Source of the DNA: Rhizophagus irregularis
Taxonomy: Eukaryota
NCBI RefSeq assembly: GCF_026210795.1
Contig: NC_089434.1
Coordinates: 5,022,001-5,086,000, forward strand
Length of the DNA: 64,000 nucleotides
Direction of reading: 5' to 3'
The notes under the pieces are model-generated. The model did no database searches and was not told the DNA's origin. It saw only the letters and a list, made by a program, of their open reading frames with translations. A program made the translations under genes and the position numbers. The first letter of the stretch is position 1, and each line of letters begins with the position of its first letter. This document shows positions 37,133 through 48,294 of this stretch, piece by piece.

Positions 37133-38885
37133 AATTTTAATTATACTAAAATTATAATATGATATTAATTTTTACTTAAATTGAAATATTATTAAGTAAC
37201 TTTACTAATGGCAATTTTTTATAATTTAATAAAAATAAGTATTAATCAAAAATAAAATAAAGGATTTTTATCTATTATATTATTTATATATTATTATAGT
37301 TTAACTTAGAAAAACTAGAGGATTAGCAAATTGATGTCTTGATAAAATATTAAAATAGCCAAAATTATGTAAAAGTCTTATTAAAAGTTAATGAAATTCT
37401 AAAGAAAAGTGAAATCTGATAAAATTTATTATAAATGTTGAAATTGTTAAAACTTTGCTAAAAGTCTAAAATTATAATAAAATTATAGTAAAATCTTAAA
37501 GAAATTAATTGTAAGATTTTGGAAAGGTTTAAATAAATTTAAATAAGCAACCTTATTAGTTTAACTATATATTGTATTTAAACTCTTTATTTTCTGAAAA
37601 TTCAGATATTTCATTATTTTTTAATGGTTTAGATAATCTTTTATTCAAAGTAGTAATATTTGTTACTGCTTCTATAACTTTATTAAAAAAATTTTTATGT
37701 ATTCTTTATTATTAAACTTTAATCTTTACTGAAAGTTGTTATATTTTTTAATATTAAAAATAATAAAAGATAAAAAAAACTTGAAATTTACCAGGGTTAG
37801 CAAGTTTTAAAATTTAAATAAAAATTAATAAAATATAGCATATTTTTTTTAAAGAAAAGTTTAACAAAAAGTTTTTATAATGAATATAATAAATATAAAG
37901 TTTAAATAATATATAAGTAAATGAATCTTTAGAATCTTTATTTGAATTAGATTTTAATATGCTTATAAATTCAAAAAAATTAGTTTAACAAAATATTTCA
38001 GAGAAAGAAAACAATTGGAAGAATTTAATTACTAAAGTACCAAATAATGAAAATTAATTCTATGTGTAATTAACATATTAGATAGTAAAATTCAGCATTA
38101 CAACTATAAAAAAAATTGAAATGGCTTTAGTAAATGATTGGAACTTAGCAAATTGATGATAAAGAAGTTAAAGCAAAAAATTTTTCAATTGAAGATTTAA
38201 ATGTTTATTATTCCCTTTTTTTATATAATCAAAATCAATTGCATTTATCAAATTTAAAACAAATTAAAGATTATGGAAAGTATTATTCATAGACATAGAT
38301 GTTTATTTTGTAATAAAAATAAATTTTTTTTTTAATTATGATTCTAATTGTAAAAAACACCCATATACAGTTATAGGTAAAAATATTCAGGTATCTTGTA
38401 TAAGGCAAATGAAATGTGGTTCCTTGCAAACAACCATTCTTTTGTAATTCCAACAAATTTGAGTAAACATGCATGATATATATGAATTGTTATAAAGAAA
38501 AGAGTGGGCATATTTATCAACATGTTGGATAAGATATAAAAAAAGAAGGCATTAGAAGTAATTGGATATTGGATTCTTAATATTGCTAATTCTGATAATT
38601 TAGCATTTCAAAAAAAAAGTTTTAGCACATTTAGCTCCTATTTTATGTATTATTAATACTCAAGAAAAATCTGGTACTACATCATCAACACTACTATCAG
38701 TACAAAATATAAAAAATGAAGTATCTTCTTTATTTAATAATTCTATTTTAGTAAAATTTAATTACAATTTGATAAAAATTAAAAATTAATCCTAAGAATC
38801 TATCATCAAAACATTTTTTGAATTTGGAGAAGCATTAGCACATACAATAATACTCGCAAAAAATGAATTAAAAATTTAAGATCAA

Positions 38886-39150
38886 TTGGGTTGGGAACAG
38901 GCTATAGTCGTGCTTGCGCCAACAGGAGTCGTAGCATTCAACATCAACGGGGGAACGATACATTCAAAGTTATCAATACCAATAATTAATGACGCAAAAC
39001 GTCAGGACGAACGGTTAAAGCAACTACAGAATAGTTTAAAAGAAGTGAGATATGTAATAATCGATGAGATAAGTATGGTGGTCACTGAATGCTTACTTCA
39101 ATTGACATGCGGCTTCGGCAAGCTTTTTCAGAGTATAAATATCCAGCAAA
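38886..39150 (+). pseudogene. PIF1-family helicase fragment (Helitron-like, different subfamily)
   Basis: LAPTGVVAFNINGGTIHSKL, YVIIDEISMV, IDMRLRQAF. Confidence 0.8.
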
Positions 39151-39466
39151 TTTTGTGACAATGGCCACCATTAAACCTATAGAATTATCGGAAGCCGCTG
39201 ATTTTACATCAGACTTCCAAAGCAGTATCCTTGCGTCACGAGCACTAAGAGATCGCCGTACCATCTTACACAATCCACAAATTTGCCTGTTGAAAATATA
39301 GGATAATGCACCGTTACTTTGATCCGATGAACAACAAGAGAAGATGAAATAAATTTTTCCTACTTGATTCCCCGTTGCAAGCATTCGATAGTCACACAAC
39401 ATTCTAAGTCGAAGGAACCAAAGATCACAATGCATGAATTCAAATTCACAAGCTTGATTGTTGCTA

Positions 39467-39575
39467 CCTTATAAAAAATTTTCTGGAAAAAAACTTCAAT
39501 GAATGATCATTTTTCTAGTTTTTACTCCATAAAAACTCAGACATGTGATCAATTTTCTAAAAAATTTTTATAGGG
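39467..39575. mobile_element. MITE of the CCCTATA family with 3-bp TSD CTA, inserted in the EED pseudogene
   Basis: CTA|CCTTATAAAAAATTTT ... AAAAATTTTTATAGGG|CTA. Confidence 0.75.
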
Positions 39576-40186
39576 CTAGAAAGTTAAATCCAAAGAAATC
39601 CATCAATTTACTAGAAAATTTAAAAAGTTATATCACTTAATCTTACCTTACTAGCAGCTGATTCACCTACAACTAGTACCGTTGTGAGGTTAGAATTATC
39701 AGAAGCCGCTGATTTTACATCAGGCTTCCAAAGCAGAATCCTTGGGTTATGAGCACATCTTGTCAGTAAGAGATCGCCGTATCATCTTATACAATCCACA
39801 AAGTTGCTGTGTACTTCGCCTGTTGACAATATAGGATAGTGCACCGCCACTGCGTGCCATCCAACGAACAACAAGAAAAGACGACGAAGGTTTTGGAATT
39901 GAAGAATATTGCATACTTCATTACTGGAGTACACAACGAACAGACTTTTATCGTATGATCCATTCCGGAAGATGCCAAGAAGTCTCCGAATAGATTGTAC
40001 ATCCTAAAGAATTAAATTATAATAAGCATACATCTAAAAAGAAGTGTTTTTCAATGATAAAGAAACATTACAATGCTCAACAGCGGCTCAGATGGTCGCA
40101 AGCATAGTCCTGAAATTCCACAAACGTATAGAGAGATAGAGAGATAGAGATCTTATTTGCCAAAAAAGTAGAGATGGGTCTCTGGG

Positions 40187-40300
40187 GCAAATGTATCGTT
40201 CTTATACGATCAGGTGCTATGTTCTTATACGACGTATATGTCACATAATATAGGTCGTATAAGATAGTATGTCGTACACGTATAAGAACGATACATTTGC
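40187..40300. mobile_element. 114-bp MITE with 9-bp TSD, interrupting an EED exon
   Basis: GTCTCTGGG|GCAAATGTATCGTTCTTATACG ... CGTATAAGAACGATACATTTGC|GTCTCTGGG; 22-bp perfect TIR. Confidence 0.92.
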
Positions 40301-41278
40301 GTCTCTGGGTGGAACTTCATCTCATGTATCTCCTATATATATTAAAATTTTAAATCTTTTAAATTTAATTATAAAAATTCATTATAATGTCAATCAACTT
40401 ATACCCCGTTCCCTTTAAGGGTAAAATTTAACGAAATATTTAGTCATACAGCAGTTTATCTTTAATTAAATCAATTCGTAATATAAATAAATTATTATAC
40501 CTTTATGAAAAGCCCAACCAACGTATTTATAATTTTAATAACGGCAGCGAATCCTGCCACGGTGAGTAACGGTGTAACAAAAAAAATACACAAGTAAATT
40601 TAAACAATTTACATTCTCGCCAACACATTATTGTGTAATGATTAAAGCTACCGGCTTATAGAACAATATAGAAAATAAAAAAACTATATAACATAGAAAG
40701 CTAATAAGGTTACTAAGGGACGTTACAATTTTTTTATTAAAATGATATACTTACATAACGACCTCCGACAACGGCAAATTCTGCATTATCTGTATCATAA
40801 TTGTTGATACAGGCACTATAAAAGCGGGTGGTTTGTTTTGCGGGTACTTTAGTGAATTACAGTATACACGTTTAAATAGTGTGAATAAATAATAAAAAAT
40901 ATTTGATGTGACATGCTTGAGTGTATGCAGTCAGTTGTTTCTTGAAGAATACGTTTGGTAGCAATTAGAAAAATTGAAAAAAGTTACAGCACAAGAATCA
41001 ATGAGATAATCACGGTGAGAAAATCGCAAATGAGAAATGAGAAATGAAAATCTATATCATAAAATCATGTTTCACAAGATTTATTATATCATTTTTACAA
41101 TGTAATTTGTTATTGAATATGGGAAACTATGCTTGTATCATTAGAATTGTGTATTGCCAGCATTATAAAATACTTTTGGACAATAAGATTGTTATTGTTA
41201 TATTATAAATTTTATTAATATTTTTCTTTACAATTAATCTTATGATATAAAATCTTATGATAAAAAAATTAAGCAAGC

Positions 41279-42106
41279 TTAATAAAAATAAAAGTCATAA
41301 TCAATTGGTAACTGCGGTTGTTCATGTTGTTCACTTGACTGCAGCTGAAATTCATCAACTGGTATATATGATTGCAGGAATTCTTCTTGTTGTGGTTGCA
41401 GTTGGAGAGGATATAATAGTAGATGAGGTTGCGATTGCTGTTGCGGTTGTTGCAGCTGTTGCGGTTGTTGCAGCTGTTGCGGTTGTGATAGCGGTTGCGG
41501 TTGTGGTTGGTCATATAGCTCATAAAATTCATTTGCCTCATATGGCTGAAATTGTAATTGTGGTTGCGTTGAGGATAGTTGTGGTTGGTAAGGTTGGTAA
41601 TATTCATAGGTTTCATAGGTTTGTGGTTGCGTTGAGGATGGTTGTGGTTGGTAAGGTTGGTAATATTCATAGGTTTCATGTAATTGTGGCTGCGTTGAGG
41701 ATGGTTGTGGTTGGTAAGGTTGGTAATATTCATATGTTTGCGTTGTTTGTGGTTGCGTTTGATATGATCGGGGTGAGGATAGTTGTGGTTGGTAATATTC
41801 ATAATATGGCATTTGCGATCTCAATTTAAACCGACGATTTCCTTCGATCGCTAGAATTTTAAAAAATTCTTTTATTTCGTTAGGCTCATTATGCCACATT
41901 CTAACTAATAATATTTTATAATTAATAGCATATGGTCCATCTAATCTAAGTTGTATCATTTTATTACGACGATATAAAGTGTATGGGTTGTTATTATAAA
42001 TATTTTGAAAAAGATCATCAAGGTCGATATTTAAGTCGCAAGGTGGGTTTTCCATAAAATTCAGGAATTTTTGATAATCCGTTAACTTTATTTCCTTTGC
42101 CTTCAT
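41279..42106 (-). CDS. Divergent MATA/SOX-type HMG-box protein with Q/P/Y-rich repeat tail, 275 aa
   Basis: NPYTLYRR...RMWHNEPNEIKEFFKILA fits the HMG-box N.F.LYR / W..EP...K..Y..LA pattern; intact single ORF, A-rich start context, TATATAAA ~130 bp upstream. Confidence 0.75.
   Translation of the reverse strand: MKAKEIKLTDYQKFLNFMENPPCDLNIDLDDLFQNIYNNNPYTLYRRNKMIQLRLDGPYAINYKILLVRMWHNEPNEIKEFFKILAIEGNRRFKLRSQMPYYEYYQPQLSSPRSYQTQPQTTQTYEYYQPYQPQPSSTQPQLHETYEYYQPYQPQPSSTQPQTYETYEYYQPYQPQLSSTQPQLQFQPYEANEFYELYDQPQPQPLSQPQQLQQPQQLQQPQQQSQPHLLLYPLQLQPQQEEFLQSYIPVDEFQLQSSEQHEQPQLPIDYDFYFY
41430..41810 (-). repeat. In-frame coding repeats (~60-63 bp x4; 18 bp x3)
   Basis: YEYYQPYQPQPSSTQPQ repeats and QPQQLQ repeats. 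Confidence 0.9.
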
Positions 42107-44235
42107 GATTTTTTTTTAAAAAAAAAAAAAAAATTTGAAAAAAAAACGAAAAAAAAGGAGGGAAAAAAAAGACTTTTTTTAAAAAAAAAAATTCGAAAAA
42201 AATTTGCTTTTTCCAATAATTGTTTTGATACCGTATTTATATATAATTATCACTAATCGTTTACGAGGTATGGGAGAGTACGGGAACTAGATGGACCGAA
42301 TATATTAGAAAATTAAATTACACATCATTGATTGTTTAGATTTTAACGGTAATCTTAATCTTTTTTACCATCTCCTCCCCGATTATGACAAAATAAATTA
42401 TATAAAAATATAAATATATAAACAATGAACATTTATTTATCTTTATCAATAATATAAATTATACAGTAAAGAGATACGATAGTTTTTTTTTATCATCGTT
42501 TGATCAATTGATCAAAACAAATGCGCTATCTAATAAATATGGACGTATCAAAGAAAAAAAAATAAATAAATTTTTTTCTAATAACATATTTATAACTTTA
42601 AAAAGAAATATATATATTATTGTGAAACAATATATGCATATATTCAAATTATTATTAATCCTTTTATTAGGAGTAATTTGAATAAAATGTATTTTATTAA
42701 TTAAATCATAATAAATCACCTTTTTTTTATCTTGAAAATTCCGAAATCCGCTGCAATAAATCGTGTTGAAATTTTCGATCAATAAAAAATAATTTTCTTT
42801 TTACAAAAATACGAAATTTTTAAGTATTACAAGAAGGTCAACTGATGCATTGAATGATTTTGAAATATGATAAATAACAATGCGCTTACTCATGTATTAA
42901 AAAAGGCATTTTCCGGAATCCGGATTTCGGTAAAACGAAAATGGAATAAAAATAAAAAATTATTTTTCTTTTTTCATAAACTAAATTATTAATATACGGG
43001 GGTGATTTGAAACAATGATTGATAACAAATGCGTTTAATTGATTCAACTTGTACTTTTCGGATTCCGGAGAAAAAAGAACCAGTCATTTCTTACAAAATT
43101 TGATAATTTGAGTGCTACTGCATTTAAAATTTACTTATAATGTGCATAATCAATAAACTTATATTTATTAAATTAAAAGTAGTCCCTGATCCAAAACAAT
43201 AACATCCTTTCTTTTAAATTATACAATCATGTAAATTTTTTCCAAAAAGGGAACGCGTCGAGTCCAAATTTATTCAGCTACCATCAATCAACCAATCACG
43301 TATTGCTGATTATGCACTGCGCAAATATAATGAAAGCGTTGTGTCTTGATTTGTAAATCATTAAAAATCCGTTCTTATGATCGTTTTTTATGCATTCTCC
43401 TATTTTCGAATTATAGATTCACCAAATTCGTTTGATTCATTAGCCTCAATCCTTCAATCAGAATATTGAATAAATATACAAGTTTATACAAATTCTATTT
43501 TGCGACAAATATTACTGCAGATAATTGTGATAAATTATTTAAAAGAATATAAAATTTATAAACTTTGATTACACGTATAATAAATATAACTTTAGGAATA
43601 ATGGACACGTACGTACATATCAAAGACAAAGAAAATTTTTCTTTTTTTAGATTGATTTGGCCCCCCTTTTCTCTCATTCGATTTAGAATTCGGAATGTAA
43701 GTTCCGATAATCAAAAAAAAAAAAAGAGAGAGAACAAAAGAACAAAAGAAAAAAAAAAGTCTATGATTACGCCAAAAAAATTTTTTTATTAATAAATAGG
43801 TGGGTTTTTTTATGAAATCTTTTTTTAAAAAAAAATAAAGGATCAAATATTTTATTAAAAAAAAAACACCACTAACAACATTAACTATTAATAACGATAT
43901 ATATTACCTTTATTTATCAATTATTAGAAAACATGTTTTGGTTTTTTTCTTATAAGTTGATGCAATTATTGTTAATTTCGATGAAGAAATTATGACACCG
44001 GTCTGACTTGTTTTGAAAAAGATTCCGGAACACAGCAAAAATGGTGGTAGCTTTTGGATAAATGATCGGTAATTTTAATTTAATAAATAAAGTCGGAAAA
44101 AAAAGGCAATTTGACTTTAATATTCTTTTTAATTTAGCTGTAGGAATGTTCTCGATCCACGTCGTAAGTAAACTACATCTTTTAGTATATATTTAAAAAG
44201 AGAAAGGAAAATAAATATGTTTCTCCATTTTCACT

Positions 44236-44481
44236 AATGTGTCACGAACAGTTAAGTCTACGAGAGAGATTTTATCGAGGAAGAGAATTCGGAAAATGAC
44301 ACGGCGATCGTAAGCTTAAATACCTTACTGGCATAAAGTGCAAAAAATACCAGTAAGAAATCACCGGGATCGCCAAGAAACCTGAATTTGTTCCAACCTT
44401 TAACCGATCTAATAAAGGGCAGTGGGGTGGGTAGGTGGGCTTACAGTACGTGAACATTGTTGTACTGTATATCACTGTCCT
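44236..44481. ncRNA. Candidate structured non-coding RNA, class unknown
   Basis: GC-rich island with several nested complementary helices containing G-U pairs; no TSD and no credible ORF. Confidence 0.3.
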
Positions 44482-46199
44482 ATTGATATATTATTATTCG
44501 ATTTTTTTTTTATACTTTTCGTTTTCGCATTTTTTTTTCGTAAAAATCTTGTTTTTTTTTTCGTAAATTCCCTTTTTTTATATGTGTTCGGTTCTTTCTA
44601 TTATGGCTTTTTTATACTTATATATGTTCGGTCCTTTCTATAATCTATGGTAGCTTTTTTTTTCTAAATTATTTTCGGTGACGAATTACGTAACTTTTCT
44701 TTTTTATCTATATTGCAAACTTATTCCCCCCCTCTCTAGTTTTTTTTGTTTAGACGAATTGTTCCATTTTTTTTTATTGTTTTTTTTTCCAATATTTTTC
44801 ATTTTTTTTATTTTTCATTTTATACATTTTACTAGGAAAATAAAATTATCGTAGTGCTTAAAAAATTGTTTATTTGGTATAAAAAAGCATTTTAAAATGT
44901 TTATTATTCATATTCAATATACTTCTAACAGATAATGTGTGGTATAAAGGCTGAAAGGTGTGATGGTTATTGTCGCATATACATGATCGTAGAAAAGGCT
45001 CATTGCATTTTGATTATAAAAACAACACTGCTTTTGATTTAAAAAGAAAATAACAAAAATTATAGTATTTTATTTGTAAGGCAAGTTTTGCCATCATACT
45101 CTTTGCAATTTCTACTAGTTAATTAATGAAATCAATTTTTGAAACGGAATGCATTTGTAACGAAGTACTAAAAAAAATTTTAATAGTCAAATTAAAAATA
45201 AAAAATTAATAATAGAAACATATCACGAAATTAAATTACTCAAAGATCAGCTCTAATATTTTAGGTAATCCATTTAGTATACCCAGATGATTGAACTTAC
45301 GATAATTCATCATTTATAATTATTATTAATCAAATGACAATATATTGACTTTTTCGTTAAAGGTTTAAAACTTTTATCATATGTTTATGATGTTTCATGT
45401 CCTTTGTTCAAAGGCTTTCATTTTAGTAATTCGTTAATTCGTGGAATAACCAAAAGGATCGCTGATCAATATAAATATTTGGTGGGAAATTTTCACCCTA
45501 CTCAGGATCTGCAAAGGATCCCAAATATGGTTTAGTAAGATAATAATTATCAGCCACGTAATTTTTTGTTTTAAAATTTTTTTTTTATTGTATGTAATAT
45601 ATATATATATATATATTTATTTATTTTTATAATTAATTGATTATATTCATTAATATGCCCTTGAATAAATTTTACGATAATTCATTCATTCATTATACAG
45701 TATACTTTAAAATATTTTACTTTTTTTACGTTAATTATTTCCGTATCTTCGTATCCATCCGTATCATTCAAACAATAATTATGTATGAAATTAAACACAC
45801 GATTATCTTTCTTTGAAAGGAACATAGAGGGTGTTATTATTTCGATTAATTTAGATTACAGGCTAAATGATTTCATATTTGTTTTTCTTAGTTGTTTCAT
45901 CTCATGATTTACACAAAGATGTTGAAATGGCACGATATTTCTTTATTTATAATATTTATAATTTATTTCCGTCTGCGATTTTCCGCGATTACGCGTTGTT
46001 CTTCTTTTTAATTAAGTTTTTTTTTGATTTGTATTATGTATCCTTATTCGTTTCATTTGCTGCGCAAGGTTTAAAATTAAATATAAAAGCAACCATAAAA
46101 CAGTCCTGGTCAAAAAATAAGAATATGAAAAGATATTCTAAAAAAACTTAAGATTTTAATTATGATTTTATTTCATTAACAAAAAAAAAAAAATTATTC

Positions 46200-46357
46200 C
46201 CCCCAAAACCATCAAAACCATCAAAACCGTCCTCCTAAACCATCCTCAAAACCGCCATCCTAACCATCCTAACCATCCTAACCGTCCTTACCGGCCTCAA
46301 AACCATCCTAATTGTCCTCAAAACCGCCATCAAAACCGCCATCAAAACCGTCCCCCG
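46200..46357. repeat. 9-12-bp degenerate tandem repeat (CCATCAAAA/CCATCCTAA)
   Basis: The minus strand reads GDGFDGGFDGGFE... with TAG stops; possibly a decayed Gly-rich exon. Confidence 0.8.
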
Positions 46358-48294
46358 AAAAAAAAAAAGAAAAAAAAAATTATGGTTAGTTAAGATGAAA
46401 TTAATTAAAAATGAATTTATCAAAATTACAATTCTCAACTAATTTTTAAAATCTTTTTGCAATCTATTGTATACGAAGTATCTGCATCATTCTTTTCCGT
46501 TTCCGTTTCACTTTTCCCATAAATAAGTTTATTAATTAAACAAAAAAAAATTATTTCACTTTTTTATATGTAAAATAAACTATCAATCAATCAATAAATA
46601 TTAATATGATTTTATTATAAAATGTGATGAATGTGACGTTCTTATCCATTGCTGTGACATTATCGTAATTACGAAATTAAATATCTGCTGCGCCATCTTA
46701 TAAAACTATTAGCTTATGTTTGTTGTCCAAAAATTAAACCGATAATTATCCTACACGAAAATTTTAAATATAATTTCATCATGATATACTCAAAAACTAA
46801 CATTCCTTATTCACGTTAAAACCTGAAAATACAAACCTAATCTAATCGTCGAATTTCCTTTGAAATTTTGTAGCAACAATATCTGATTCCTAAATTCATT
46901 TACCCATGCGAAAGTCGTTGTACTGCATCATTTATTGTCAGAGTTATTGTACAAAAAACTGAATTCAGGAACAATGAATAAACATATAAAAAATTTAATT
47001 GATTAGGAACATGATTATTTATCTTATTTTATATAACAGGGTATGCTCCTCTTTCTAAATTTTCGTTTCATTTTTTTTATTTGTATGAAACCTAGATAAT
47101 TAATTATTAGGCATAAAAATTAGTTTAATTTTGATCTATTTTTAGTAAATATTTACTGTATATTATCAATCTTTTCAAAAAGAAAAGGTCTATTGTTCCA
47201 TTTTGAAACATTAATTTTTCATCCCGTAAATATTCTATTTCGACTCAGGGATCAACTCTGAAGAATCAATTCAGGTTTTTTGCAGTCTGAATAACCGATA
47301 GGTTGAAAATATGGACGCATCGCTTATTACGGTACACAGCATCCCTATTTTCCTTTAAAAATTAAAATGGCTTGATTGTTCTCAATAGATTTCTCAATTG
47401 TTTCCTTTATTCTTTAATCTATATTGTAATACAAAGAGATTGTGAAATAAAATTGGGGAGAAAAATTATTTCACAACTAAGAATTCTTGACCTTGTTAAA
47501 GGCTTTTCTGCTTCTGAGAAAACAAAAAGCCGACCATATGATAATGTCAATGCGTGAATATCAACAAGAAATAAAAAAAAGGCTGAAAATTCTTTGAAAA
47601 GATTTAAATTATGCTGCTTATGGACTTTTCGTGACCGGGTAATTTATTTTCCCGGATATCCGGATGATTAAATATCCGAATTTTGACAGGAATCCGGAAT
47701 TCCTGATAAATTTAAATCCACCATTATAGTAGTAATTACGATATCCGGGATTACATAATTACTAATTTATGATTTAAATCTATTGAATTTTTTATTAATA
47801 TTATTTTTATGTTTAGTATAGTACTATACTTCGTTTTTTTTAAGTCATCTTTTGAGTGAAAGTGGAGAAGGTTAAAAAAAGTTGCATACGCGTCATGCGC
47901 GTCACGTCTAATGAATTTTACTAATTCATGACTTCGCGCAATTTGTTATTACATATTTACATGTATTACAAAGTATTATAGTATTACACGTGGGTTAAAG
48001 TCAGTTACGTATTAAGTCAGTTACATGCTTTCCTTTTACAGTTACAAACCAAAACAATCTAAAATTCTTCACAAACAAAACACGATAATTCCAACAAAAT
48101 ACGAAACACGATCCTAATTCAGAACACGATCCTAATGCAATGTTGAATATAAATAGAGGTCTTGGTCTAAACAGTTGTCTAAACAGTGGTTAAACTTAAA
48201 AACTTTTTCGAAAAAATTTTTTTTCACCAAAATTACCCGCACAATATACATTTTTATCATAACTACCCGCACAACCCACATTCTTTTAGAACTA

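Larger units (their letters stand above)
39150..40960 (-). pseudogene. EED: EED/ESC/FIE (PRC2 WD40 subunit) multi-exon pseudogene
   Basis: Collinear peptides FAVVGG, PLLTVAGFAAVIKIIN, TLKGNG, IHEMKFHP-RDPSLL, GDFLASSGMDHTIK, VHYPILSTGEVHSNFVDCIR*YGDLLL..ILLWKP, CDLWFLR..MLATGNQVGKIY match EED blades; stops, frameshifts, two MITE insertions and a duplicated exon. Confidence 0.82.

Noticed and set aside
41257..41829. Val-rich + strand ORF and Asn/His-rich alternative - frame ORF
   Set aside because: Shadows of the repetitive HMG-protein tail.
44390..44410. Firm telomerase RNA call
   Set aside because: The template-like stretch is not an exact TTAGGG complement and no clear pseudoknot follows.
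42500..46150. Short F/I/K/L-rich ORFs
   Set aside because: Expected by chance in homopolymer-rich AT DNA; no motifs.
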